Below, in pieces: positions 47,287-56,334 of a stretch of DNA of 64,000 nucleotides; position 1 is the first letter of the stretch; every line of letters starts with the position of its first letter. The position numbers were made by a program, and so were the translations under genes. This stretch comes from Dehalococcoidia bacterium (lineage in GTDB: Bacteria; Chloroflexota; Dehalococcoidia; Lucifugimonadales; UBA2985), in NCBI GenBank assembly GCA_965204895.1, contig OZ242025.1, positions 1,884,572 to 1,948,571 on the forward strand. The letters are read 5' to 3'. Under the pieces are notes generated by a model that was not told the origin of the DNA, did no database searches, and saw only the letters and a list, made by a program, of their open reading frames with translations.

Positions 47287-48081
47287 ATGGTAGTCCGCAG
47301 CTATGAGATGTTGAGCCTTGAGCGAACAGGCCATGTCGCTATCATTACTCTGAACAGGCCGGAGAAGCTGAACGCCCTCAACCCACCGTTGGTTGCGGAG
47401 TTCCACGCGGCTCTGGACGAGATTGCGTCTGAAGAGGACACCATCCGGGCGGTGATTGTAACCGGAGCGGGCAGGGGGTTCTGCTCAGGAGCGGACGTCA
47501 ACCGGCAGCTGGAGTCTCTGCAGGGCACGGCTGCTCCCACCCCAGAAGGCCCGGGCATCACAGCGCTGGCCCCCCACCTGCAGCGCATCCCGCAGCCGGT
47601 GATTGCCGCCATAAACGGCGTATCCGCGGGGGCGGGCTTTGGCGTAGCCCTGGCCAGCGACATCCGCATCGCCTCTGAAGCGGCCAGGTTCTCCTGCATC
47701 TTCGTCAAGCGCTCACTGGTGCCTGATACGGGCTCCTCCTTCACCATGCTACGCCTGCTCGGCAAGGGGCTCGCCATGGAGATGGCCCTTACAGGGAACG
47801 TCTACGATGTGCAGTGGGCCATGGAGAAGGGGCTTGTGAACAAGGTTGTCCCGGCCGACAAGCTCATGGATGAGGCGATGGAGCTTGCACAGACCATAGC
47901 GTCCAACCCGCCGATATGCGTCCGCTCCATCAAGCAGCTCATCCACGGCCACGACGGCGACTTGGAGCCCGTGCTGAACCTGGAGAGCGCCGCCAACGCT
48001 CCCGCCTATGGCAGCGAGGACAGGCTGGAGGCCGTCAAGTCCTTCCTGGAGAAGAGGGAGCCGGTCTACAAGGGACGATAA
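47287..48081 (+). CDS. Enoyl-CoA hydratase/isomerase (crotonase), paralogue 1
   Basis: ATG after GTAGGAGGTG. Contains ITLNRPEKLNAL and GAGRGFCSGADV (oxyanion hole). Confidence 0.85.
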   Translation: MVVRSYEMLSLERTGHVAIITLNRPEKLNALNPPLVAEFHAALDEIASEEDTIRAVIVTGAGRGFCSGADVNRQLESLQGTAAPTPEGPGITALAPHLQRIPQPVIAAINGVSAGAGFGVALASDIRIASEAARFSCIFVKRSLVPDTGSSFTMLRLLGKGLAMEMALTGNVYDVQWAMEKGLVNKVVPADKLMDEAMELAQTIASNPPICVRSIKQLIHGHDGDLEPVLNLESAANAPAYGSEDRLEAVKSFLEKREPVYKGR

Positions 48082-48218
48082 GGCCAGTACAGGACCCTCC
48101 TCCGCCGGGCGCGCCTTGCTTAAGGCCTGCCCTGGATCGCGAGGAGGGTTGTCTATTTTCTGAGGCCCGGCGTTTTCTCGTACGCACAGGGCGCAATTCA
48201 TAGGAGGAGGTATTTGTC

Positions 48219-49028
48219 ATGGCATCGGGTGACTACACAGTACTGGACCTGGAGAAGACGGGGCACGTTGCCACAATAACCCTCAATCGCCCGGAGAGGC
48301 TGAACGCCCTTGACACCACGCTGTCTTCCGAGTTCCACAACGCCCTGGACGACGTCGCGGAAGACCTTGATATCCGCGCCCTGATCATCACAGGGGCCGG
48401 CCGCGGCTTCTGCTCCGGCGCCGACGTGGGCCAGATGCAGAACACGCTTGACGGCCAGGGAGGCGGCCCGCCGCCCCTGCAGCGTATCGGTATGCCCGCG
48501 GGCGTGTCGGAGCTGACGCCTCACCTTCGCCGGATTCCCCAGCCCGTCATAGCCGCGGTGAACGGCGTGGCCGCGGGCGGAGGGCTTGGCGTCGTCCTTG
48601 CCAGCGACATTCGCATCGCCTCGGAGGCGGCCAGGTTCAGTTGCGTATTCATTCGCCGCTCCCTGACCCCGGACAGCTCCGTTTCCTACACCCTTCCGCG
48701 GCTGGTTGGGTACGGCATTGCTATGGAGATGGCGCTCACGGGCAGCGTGTACGATGCGCAGTGGGCCCTTGAGAAGGGGCTTGTGAACAGGGTGGTGCCC
48801 GCCGAAAGTCTGCTGGATGAGGCGATGGAGCTTGCCCAGACCATAGCTTCCAACCCGCCGATAGTGGTCCGCTCCACCAAGAAGCTCCTCTACAGGCACG
48901 ACGTTGACCTGGAGGAGATATACCCCGTGGAGCGCGCCGCCAACGGCCCCTCCGCCAACAGCGACGACCGGAAGGAGGCCGTCCGCTCCTTCATGGAGAA
49001 GCGCCAGCCCGTCTACAAGGGGCGGTAG
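48219..49028 (+). CDS. Enoyl-CoA hydratase/isomerase (crotonase), paralogue 2
   Basis: ITLNRPERLNAL and GAGRGFCSGADV. It is collinear with, and highly similar to, the preceding gene. Confidence 0.85.
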   Translation: MASGDYTVLDLEKTGHVATITLNRPERLNALDTTLSSEFHNALDDVAEDLDIRALIITGAGRGFCSGADVGQMQNTLDGQGGGPPPLQRIGMPAGVSELTPHLRRIPQPVIAAVNGVAAGGGLGVVLASDIRIASEAARFSCVFIRRSLTPDSSVSYTLPRLVGYGIAMEMALTGSVYDAQWALEKGLVNRVVPAESLLDEAMELAQTIASNPPIVVRSTKKLLYRHDVDLEEIYPVERAANGPSANSDDRKEAVRSFMEKRQPVYKGR

Positions 49029-49037
49029 CGACGTGTA

Positions 49038-49076
49038 ACTCGGCTAATTCAAGATCTGACTTTGAATTAGCCGAGT
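49038..49076. other. Perfect 15-bp inverted repeat (terminator of the hydratase gene or vapB operator)
   Basis: ACTCGGCTAATTCAA-N9-TTGAATTAGCCGAGT lies between the stop at 49028 and the vapB-like RBS. No T tract follows it. Confidence 0.45.
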
Positions 49077-49106
49077 ATACGAGGCTCTGCCAGCTGGGAG
49101 GTGCAA

Positions 49107-49370
49107 ATGAACCGGCTTACGCTCCGAGGCTTTGATGACAATTTGGCCGAAAGAATCCGGTCCCTCGCCAAGCAAGAGGGAACGTCGCTGAATCAGGCTG
49201 CGCTTAAACTGCTTAGGAAGGGTGCTGGGCTGCCGGATGAGAGCCGGCCTCCAGACATAGTGGGGACTTCTCTGGATCACCTTATAGGTTCGTGGACAAA
49301 GGACGAAGCTGACGAATTTGAATCTGCTCTCAAAGATTTTGAGACCATTGAAGAGTCAATCTGGCAGTGA
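49107..49370 (+). CDS. vapB: Ribbon-helix-helix antitoxin (VapB/FitA-like)
   Basis: ATG 5 nt after GGAGG. MNRLTLRGFDDNLAERIRSLAKQEGTSLNQAALKLL matches the RHH pattern. It overlaps the PIN gene by 4 nt. Confidence 0.65.
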   Translation: MNRLTLRGFDDNLAERIRSLAKQEGTSLNQAALKLLRKGAGLPDESRPPDIVGTSLDHLIGSWTKDEADEFESALKDFETIEESIWQ

Positions 49371-49762
49371 AAGTGTTGCTGGACTCCAACGCCTATTCCC
49401 GGCTGATGAGAGGAGATACCCAGGTTGCGGATTTAGTGAGGAGATCTGAAGAAATCTTCATGTCAGTAGTTGTAGTGGGTGAACTACTGTGTGGATTTCG
49501 AGTAGGATCCCAGTTTGGGCGGAACTCAGAAAGCCTTAGGATGTTCTTTGACAACCCTTACGTAACGCTTGTTCCTGTCAGTGCCACGTCCGCGGGGACC
49601 ATTACTCCAGAATAGCCGCCTCACTGAGAGCGAAAGGCAGGCCAACCTACTAATGACATATGGATCGCAGCCCATGCAATGGAGACTGGAGCCGGCTTAG
49701 TTTCGGCAGATGAACACTTTGAGTATGTCGAAGGAATAGAGTGGATAAGGCCCACTTCTTAA
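49367..49762 (+). pseudogene. vapC: VapC (PIN-domain) toxin disrupted by two compensating frameshifts
   Basis: Frame 1 gives MKVLLDSNAYSRLMRGD…VTLVPVS and then stops at 49613. Another frame reads HYSRIAASLRAKGRP (about 49600-49650). Frame 1 then resumes with PTNDIWIAAHAMETGAGLVSADEHFEYVEGIEWIRPTS, up to the TAA at 49760-49762. Confidence 0.7.
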
Positions 49763-49956
49763 GGACTAGGAGTCAGGCTACTCGCAGCTGACAATCCCAA
49801 CGGCCTTAGGCAACGCGCTTGACATGTTTCACAAATCCTTACGCCTTCTCATAAACCGAGACGTGGCTTCCGCTAGCGCCGGTGAAGGGATCGCGTTGGA
49901 ATGAACCCCAGCGTTCCTGGAACCTCATGCCGACCGGCTCCTTCAACGCTGGCGCC

Positions 49957-50283
49957 TCATCGACCCTGAAACTCATTCCAGTCTATTCCCAGCTGCCTGA
50001 TTGCCGAGCGCAGAGTCCCGATTTTCAGATCGCGCCCTCCCTGGTCAGGTAGTATGGCCTCGACAGACACCGGACCGCTGGCGTCGTCTACGTATATGCT
50101 CGAAGGCAATGGACGCCCCCGGTCCTCGTAAATCTCCGCCACCGCCGCAAAAGCGTCCCCCACATTTGCCAGGGCTTCGGCCACGGTATCGCCCTCGGTT
50201 ATTAGCTCCGGCAGCAGTGGAGAGGTAACGGTGTACCCGCCTTCGGGCTGAGGCTCCAGGACCAGGGGGATCCTCACTATCAT
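49957..50283 (-). CDS. HicB-like N-domain fused to a HicA C-terminal-like segment (chimeric remnant)
   Basis: Residues 1-70 (IPLVLEPQPEGGYTVTSPLLPELITEGDTVAEALANVGDAFAAVAEIY) fit the HicB/UPF0150 pattern. Residues 75-105 (ILPDQGGRDLKIGTLRSAIRQLGIDWNEF) fit the end of HicA toxins. Confidence 0.45.
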   Translation of the reverse strand: MIVRIPLVLEPQPEGGYTVTSPLLPELITEGDTVAEALANVGDAFAAVAEIYEDRGRPLPSSIYVDDASGPVSVEAILPDQGGRDLKIGTLRSAIRQLGIDWNEFQGR

Positions 50284-50574
50284 CTTGCTTTACTCAACCA
50301 CCTTCGAACTGACTCTCCGACACGCCCATTATAACACAGCGACGATTTCCAATTGGCTGCCGGCTATCCGCTCTCCGTAGGTTGTAAGGAGAGTAGTCGT
50401 TTAATGTAGTTGCCCTTCGGGGTGTGTGCCACCTGCCACTTTACAACAGTCTGGATGTTGCAATACTAGGTCCTGGAAGAGTCGACGTAAAGTGGCTCCC
50501 CGGATTTTATAGTAAAATAGCACCACAACATCTTGTGCCCTGTGGTTTCGAGGGTGCTATAATCACGGGAGTTT

Positions 50575-53500
50575 TTGTCAGAGGACATCTTGTTTACACA
50601 CCTGCACAACCACACCGAGTACAGTCTCCTGGACGGTCTCAGCCGGATTACCCCTATGGTGCAACGCGCCAAAGAACTGGGCATGGACTCCCTGGCCATC
50701 ACCGATCACGGCGGGCTGTACGGCGCCATCGAGTTCTATACGGAGTGCAAGGAAGCCGGCATAAAGCCCATCATCGGGCTGGAGGCATACCTGGCCCAGG
50801 AGAGCCGCCACAGGAAGGGATCGGCGGACAAGAGCCCGTATCACCTCCTGCTGCTGGCCAAGGACATGCAGGGATACCAGAACCTGCTCAAGCTGTCCTC
50901 CCTGTCGCACCTGGAGGGTTTCTACTACAAGCCCCGCGTTGACCGTGAGCTGCTGGAAGCTCATAGCGGAGGGCTGATCGCCTTTTCCGGCTGCCCCACC
51001 GCCGAGGTCCCGAGACTCCTGATCGAAGGCAGCGCTCAGGAGGCCAGGGACGCCGCTCTCTGGTACAAGAACACCTTTGGGGATTTCTACCTGGAGCTTC
51101 AGCGACACGCGGACGTCCCGGAGCTTCCCAGGCTGAACGAAGAGCTACTCAAGCTGAGCCAGGAAACGGGCCTGCCGCTGGTGGCGACCAACGACTGCCA
51201 CTACATCCACCAGGAAGACGCCTCCATACAGGACATCCTCATCTGCATTCACACCAACACCAACGTCCACGACGACAAGCGGCTGAGGATGACCGACGAC
51301 TCCTACTACCTCAAGAGCTCCCAGGAGATGGAGGAGCTCTTTGCGGACGTGCCCGAGGCTATCGCCAACACCCGCAGAATCGCGGATATGTGCCACCTGG
51401 AGTTGGACTTCAGCCAGCTTCGGCTGCCGGAGTACAAGACCCCGGACGGCGTCAGCTCGGACGAGTACCTGGCTCGTCTCTGCTATGAGGGCATGCAGAA
51501 GCGCTACGGCAACCCATCGGACGCGGTGCGGCAGCGTCTGGAGTACGAACTGGACGTCATAAGGAACACCCAGTTCAGCAACTACATCCTTGTTGTGTGG
51601 GACATAGCCGCCTTTGCACGGCAGAGCGGCATTATCTTCGGCGTCCGGGGCAGCGCCGCCGCCAGCGTGGTGCTCTACTGCCTGGGCGTTACGGACATAG
51701 AGCCGCTCCAGTACAGGCTTGTTTTTGAGCGCTTCCTGAACCTGGAGCGCCGTGAGATGCCGGACATCGACATGGACTTCCAGGACGACCGCCGCGACGA
51801 GGTGATAGCCTACGTGCGGCGGAAGTACGGCGGCGACCACGTGGCCCAGATCATCACCTTCGGGACTCTGGGCCCCAAGGCGGCCATCCGCGACACGGGC
51901 CGCGCCCTGGGCATGGCCTACTCCGACGTCGACCGCGTCGCCAGGCTCATCCCCTTCCGCGTCCACTCCCTTGAGGAGGCGGTGGAAGGCACCGCGGAGC
52001 TGAAGGAGATTTACGAGGCGGATGAGACCCTGAAGGACCTGGTGGACAAGGCCAAGCGCCTTGAAGGGGTGGCCCGCCACACCAGCACCCACGCCGCTGG
52101 GGTGGTCATATCCAAGGAGCCGCTGACGGAGTACGTGCCTCTGCAGCGCCCCGTCCGCAGCGACTCGGCTGAGGACATGGCCATGACCCAGTTCCCAATG
52201 GACCCCATCGCCAAGCTGGGCCTCCTGAAGATGGACCTGCTGGGGTTGACCAACCTAACCATACTGGAGCAGGCGCGGCAAATGGTGACAACCCGTCGTG
52301 GAGTCAACCTGGTATTCGAAGAGATACCCCTTGACGACGAGAAGACCTACGCTCTCCTGTCGTCCGGCGAGACAACGGGGGTGTTCCAGCTGGAGAGCGC
52401 CGGGATGAGGCGGTACGTCAAGAAGCTGATGCCCAACTCCCTGGGAGACGTGGCTGCGATGATAGCCCTCTATCGCCCGGGGCCGATGGAGCACATTGAC
52501 ACCTTCATTGACGCCAAGCACGGCCGGGGCACCATAAGCTACCCGCACCCGATGCTCAAGGACATCCTTGAAGAGACCTACGGCGTCATCGTCTACCAGG
52601 ACCAGGTGCTCCTGATTGCCCAGGCCTTTGCCGGCTACACCCTGGGCGAAGCCGACGTGGTGCGCAAGGCTATGGGCAAGAAGATTCCGGAGGTCATGCG
52701 GGACGAGCGTGAGAAATTCGTGCAGGGCGCGCTTGCCAAGGGGTTCTCCCAGGAGCTTTCAGAGGAGGTGTTCCAGCTTGTGGAGCCCTTCGCCGGCTAC
52801 GCCTTTAACAAGGCCCACAGCGTGAGCTACGCCCTGATTGCCTACTGGACGGCCTACTTCAAAGCGAACTACCCGGAGGAGTACATGACGGCGCTGCTGA
52901 ACGCCCACGCCGGGCAGGCGGAGAAGGTGGCCGGCGCGGTCACCGAGTGCCTTCAGCTTGGCATCCCGGTGCTCCTGCCCGACGTGAGCCGCAGCGAGGT
53001 GGACTTCTCCATAGACATCAACTCGGAGGGCAAGCCGTCCATCAGGTTCGGGCTGGCCACCGTCAAGAACGTGGGGGCCTCCGCGGTCGCGCCCCTTGTC
53101 GAAGAGCGAAAGAAGGCCGGTCCCTACACGTCTTTGGAGGACCTGTGCCACCGGGCCGACATGCGCGGCGTGAACCGTCGGGCCCTGGAGAGCCTGGCCA
53201 AGGTCGGCGCGTTGGACTCGCTCGGTCCGAGGGGCCAGCTGCTGGCCAGCGCCGACCGCATTCTGGCAATGGCCCAGAGAGAGGCCAAGCTGAAGGACTC
53301 CGGCCAGTCTACCATGTTCGACCTGTTCGGAGAGTCAGTAGCCGCGCCCGTAGCCGCCCTGGAGCTTGAGGAGGGCGAAGTGCTACAGCAGGAGAAGATG
53401 GCGTGGGAGCGGGAGTTGCTGGGCACCTTCATCTCGGAGAACCCCTGGAGCGAGGTGGCGCTCAGGGCCAAGTCATACGCCATCATATCCCGGAACGACA

Positions 53501-54285
53501 TCGATACCGAAATGGTCGGGGAGAGCGTGACCATTGTGGGCCAGATATCCACGCAGAGGACCGGCCTTACCAGGGAGGGCAAGACATTTGCAGCCGTCGG
53601 CCTGGACCTCATGGGCGGCAGCCTGGAGGTCATGGTGTGGCCCAACGCCTATGAGCGCACCCAGGACCTGTGGTACGAGGGCAGCCTGGTTGAAGTGGTG
53701 GGCAAGATCCGACAGAGAGACAACGAGCTGTCGCTCCACTGCGACGCGGCGAAGCTCTACCAGATAGAGGAGCAGGAAGAGTCTCCCCAGCCGGGAGAGC
53801 AGGCGCCGGTCGTTGACCAGCCCAGGGCAGAAGCCGCTCCGGAGCAGGAAAACGTCAGCTTTGACGACGCGCCAGCGATCCAAACGGTTGCTGAAAACGG
53901 CGCGTCCCATGTCCCGGATGCAGGAGAAAACGGGGCGTCACCCGGCGATCATACGGCGCTGAACGGTGCATCGGAGTACGCCAACGGCAAGAGCCAGGAG
54001 AACGGGTCGCACGCGGTCACCTTACAAAAGCTGTGGATAAGTCTGGAGGAGTCCAGCAACCCCGGGCAGGACGAGCACCTGCTGCGAGAGGTGGTGAAGC
54101 TGTTGCTCAACTACCCCGGCGACTGCCCGGTGGCTCTGAAAATCAAGACCAACGGCAAGCTGGTAAAGGTAGACCTGCCTGTGGCTCCCGTTGCCTACTG
54201 CCAGGAGCTGCACAACGACCTGACGGAAATGGTCGGTGAGAGTGGCATTGAGATGGAGGGTGAAGTCGCCGGCTTGGTGGTGTAG
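50575..54285 (+). CDS. dnaE: DNA polymerase III alpha subunit
   Basis: 1236 aa with a TTG start. PHP motif FTHLHNHTEYSLLDG, a polymerase core, an OB fold, and a low-complexity linker before the C-terminal domain. Confidence 0.95.
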   Translation: MSEDILFTHLHNHTEYSLLDGLSRITPMVQRAKELGMDSLAITDHGGLYGAIEFYTECKEAGIKPIIGLEAYLAQESRHRKGSADKSPYHLLLLAKDMQGYQNLLKLSSLSHLEGFYYKPRVDRELLEAHSGGLIAFSGCPTAEVPRLLIEGSAQEARDAALWYKNTFGDFYLELQRHADVPELPRLNEELLKLSQETGLPLVATNDCHYIHQEDASIQDILICIHTNTNVHDDKRLRMTDDSYYLKSSQEMEELFADVPEAIANTRRIADMCHLELDFSQLRLPEYKTPDGVSSDEYLARLCYEGMQKRYGNPSDAVRQRLEYELDVIRNTQFSNYILVVWDIAAFARQSGIIFGVRGSAAASVVLYCLGVTDIEPLQYRLVFERFLNLERREMPDIDMDFQDDRRDEVIAYVRRKYGGDHVAQIITFGTLGPKAAIRDTGRALGMAYSDVDRVARLIPFRVHSLEEAVEGTAELKEIYEADETLKDLVDKAKRLEGVARHTSTHAAGVVISKEPLTEYVPLQRPVRSDSAEDMAMTQFPMDPIAKLGLLKMDLLGLTNLTILEQARQMVTTRRGVNLVFEEIPLDDEKTYALLSSGETTGVFQLESAGMRRYVKKLMPNSLGDVAAMIALYRPGPMEHIDTFIDAKHGRGTISYPHPMLKDILEETYGVIVYQDQVLLIAQAFAGYTLGEADVVRKAMGKKIPEVMRDEREKFVQGALAKGFSQELSEEVFQLVEPFAGYAFNKAHSVSYALIAYWTAYFKANYPEEYMTALLNAHAGQAEKVAGAVTECLQLGIPVLLPDVSRSEVDFSIDINSEGKPSIRFGLATVKNVGASAVAPLVEERKKAGPYTSLEDLCHRADMRGVNRRALESLAKVGALDSLGPRGQLLASADRILAMAQREAKLKDSGQSTMFDLFGESVAAPVAALELEEGEVLQQEKMAWERELLGTFISENPWSEVALRAKSYAIISRNDIDTEMVGESVTIVGQISTQRTGLTREGKTFAAVGLDLMGGSLEVMVWPNAYERTQDLWYEGSLVEVVGKIRQRDNELSLHCDAAKLYQIEEQEESPQPGEQAPVVDQPRAEAAPEQENVSFDDAPAIQTVAENGASHVPDAGENGASPGDHTALNGASEYANGKSQENGSHAVTLQKLWISLEESSNPGQDEHLLREVVKLLLNYPGDCPVALKIKTNGKLVKVDLPVAPVAYCQELHNDLTEMVGESGIEMEGEVAGLVV

Positions 54286-54321
54286 GGTGGCACTCTGCTG
54301 TAGCCCTGTTTTGCTGGCGAC

Positions 54322-54726
54322 TTACCAGATCGTCTCTACCTGAGATGAAGCGGCAAGGATTGCATCGCGAGTCACAACAGGCGCGCCAAGGGCGGCGGCT
54401 TCGGCCGCTATGAGCCGGTCGTGCATCTCCGTAATGTCCGGGAACTGGTCAAGCCTCTCAAGCTGCGCCCTCCCAAGGTCGGATACCTCTATCCCGCTCA
54501 CGGACGCCAGTGCATCCAGCAGAGTGGAGGGCGCGATAGGCTGCTTCAGCTTGGCCGAGAGGAAGTAGAACTCGGCTATGGCTATTGCGGGGACGACGAT
54601 GGTGGCGTTGCCGGTCTCCGCCAGCCGGAAGACAGCAGACGCGGCGGGCGTGAGGCGCTCCGGAGACCTCAGATACCACCACAGGGCGTGGGTATCAACC
54701 ACAAACTTGGTTGGGCTATTGACCAC
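54322..54726 (-). CDS. vapC: PIN-domain toxin VapC
   Basis: 134 aa with FVVDTHALWWYL, AIAEFYF and VVTRDA, the acidic PIN residues. Confidence 0.75.
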   Translation of the reverse strand: MVNSPTKFVVDTHALWWYLRSPERLTPAASAVFRLAETGNATIVVPAIAIAEFYFLSAKLKQPIAPSTLLDALASVSGIEVSDLGRAQLERLDQFPDITEMHDRLIAAEAAALGAPVVTRDAILAASSQVETIW

Positions 54727-54747
54727 AGCTAGCAGGGCCTCTTCAGG

Positions 54748-54993
54748 CTACGGGTCTTTGGGTTCCCACAGCGTCTTTATGTCCGCGAAGTCTTCATAGG
54801 ACGCGTCTGGCAGGGTGTTGAAGGCCCCCTTCAGTGTGCTGAGAGAGGGTTTTTCCTCACCGGGATCCTGCACGAGGCTCAGCTTGCCACGAGGCTTCCC
54901 GCGGCGCGTGATAATCACCTCTTCACCGTACTTGAGGTTCATGATTATATCACTGACCCTGGATTTGAACTCTCTTATGTTGTATGAGGTCAT
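54748..54993 (-). CDS. Phd/YefM-family antitoxin
   Basis: MTSYNIREFKSRVSDIIMNLKYGEEVIITRRGKPRGKLS with a TAAGGAG RBS. Confidence 0.7.
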   Translation of the reverse strand: MTSYNIREFKSRVSDIIMNLKYGEEVIITRRGKPRGKLSLVQDPGEEKPSLSTLKGAFNTLPDASYEDFADIKTLWEPKDP

Positions 54994-55004
54994 GCGTGCT
55001 CCTT

Positions 55005-55041
55005 AATGTGGTCACGTCCATTGCGATTATGTGACCACATT
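55005..55041 (-). promoter_or_regulatory. Perfect 11-bp inverted repeat upstream of the Phd-VapC operon (likely autoregulatory operator)
   Basis: AATGTGGTCAC-N15-GTGACCACATT lies immediately upstream of the RBS of the antitoxin gene. Confidence 0.5.
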
Positions 55042-55098
55042 CTACCACGCGGCCGCACTGTACGCAATACCCTGAGTCTTACGCGCAACCCGGACGCC

Positions 55099-55407
55099 TC
55101 ACACGGCGCTGGGGGCTGTCCCTCTCTCCAGCCACACCTCCGTCCTGGCGGGAGAGGTTAGCAAGCCGTTGACCTTATCAACCACTTCAAGGCGTTCCTG
55201 GTGGTGTTCCCAGTCTCGCCAGTCCTTGAGAGTGGACCAGTTGCTTATTACCAGGTGAATGCTTGGGTCCGACGCAAGGATAAGGGTCTCCCCGGAAATA
55301 TATCCGGGCTGCTTGAGGGCCCTTGCCCTCAACTCCACCAGAAGCTCCTCCAACTCCACCTCCCGGCCGGGATTGACGTGACGCGACATGAGCACCTTGA
55401 TAGCCAT
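55099..55407 (-). CDS. Antibiotic-biosynthesis-monooxygenase (ABM) domain protein
   Basis: 102 aa with a ferredoxin-like ABM pattern (IKVLMSRHV…LVISNWSTLKDWRDWEHHQER). Confidence 0.6.
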   Translation of the reverse strand: MAIKVLMSRHVNPGREVELEELLVELRARALKQPGYISGETLILASDPSIHLVISNWSTLKDWRDWEHHQERLEVVDKVNGLLTSPARTEVWLERGTAPSAV

Positions 55408-55409
55408 GG

Positions 55410-55976
55410 CTAGTACCCTCCTTCGCCGGCGGCGACTTCTCTTCCAGTTCCGCTTTCTATATCCAGCAGCTCTCGCTTTAGCCCGATTCCGTCCGGGCCT
55501 CCATAACCTCGGAGGTCTCCCTGTTCACCGATAACCCTGTGGCACGGCACGATGATGGGCGCGGGGTTGGCCCTCATCGCCTGTCCGACGGCCCGTGCAG
55601 CCCTGGGCCTGCCGATCTCCCGGGCAATCCAGCTGTAGCTCCGGGTTTCCCCCCAGGGAATTGTGCGCGCCGCCTCCCAAACACTCTTCTGGAAGTCCGT
55701 GCCTTTCAGGTCCAGAGCGTCCGGGAAGGAGGTCACCTCTCCCTCGAAGTAGCGCTCCAGCCTGCGGCCAAGGTCCTCAAAGGCCTCCGGGTCCAGCTCC
55801 GCTCCGACGACGGGCTGCGGCAGGTCCAAGCTGCTCAGGGCCTCTGCGGGGTCGAGATGGGGCAGCGAAAGGCGTCTTATTCCCCTTGACGATGCCTCCA
55901 CAGCTACCCAGCCCTTGGTGGTGGACACAACTCCGTGGGCTGCTGGTTCCTCTTTCCGGTTATTCGCTTTGACCAT
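55410..55976 (-). CDS. ogt: Methylated-DNA-protein-cysteine methyltransferase
   Basis: Active site IIVPCHRVIG, preceded by GETRSYSWIAREIGRPRAARAVGQA. Confidence 0.85.
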   Translation of the reverse strand: MVKANNRKEEPAAHGVVSTTKGWVAVEASSRGIRRLSLPHLDPAEALSSLDLPQPVVGAELDPEAFEDLGRRLERYFEGEVTSFPDALDLKGTDFQKSVWEAARTIPWGETRSYSWIAREIGRPRAARAVGQAMRANPAPIIVPCHRVIGEQGDLRGYGGPDGIGLKRELLDIESGTGREVAAGEGGY

Positions 55977-56201
55977 ATCCGTCCTGATGTGCGTGGTTGC
56001 GCCACCGGCTTCCGCCCGTCGGAGCTTGCCGGTTGCTATTCCATTATACCAAGATATGCACCCACAGACATCAGTTGGCGGCCTGCTTCTTTGGTGATAA
56101 CGAACTGGAATATAGCGGAGATGCGCTAGCGCAAACGACGTGCAATCGCCACGTCAGCAACGTAAATCGTCGCCAATGCCGATGGTTAGTGGTACGACTA
56201 A

Positions 56202-56230
56202 TTGACACCACAGCGTTATCTGAATATAAT
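56202..56230 (+). promoter_or_regulatory. Consensus sigma70 promoter upstream of the ACAD gene at 56335
   Basis: Perfect TTGACA-N17-TATAAT, leaving an approximately 100-nt 5' UTR. Confidence 0.6.
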
Positions 56231-56334
56231 GCCGCGTACCGTGGGCAGGCCCGTTTTTGCCTCTGTGCTTGTGGTTTAGAGGGAGGCTGAAAGGCGGTTC
56301 ACCCTGATGGTTGAATCAGATAAGGAGGGCAGGC

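Noticed and set aside
49800-49956. Short minus-strand ORF MRFQERWGSFQRDPFTGASGSHVSVYEKA downstream of the HicB/HicA chimera, considered as a HicA N-terminal fragment because of its GSH tripeptide.
   Set aside because: The gene order would be inconsistent, since the fragment lies after the HicA C-terminal-like segment. The match rests on three residues only.
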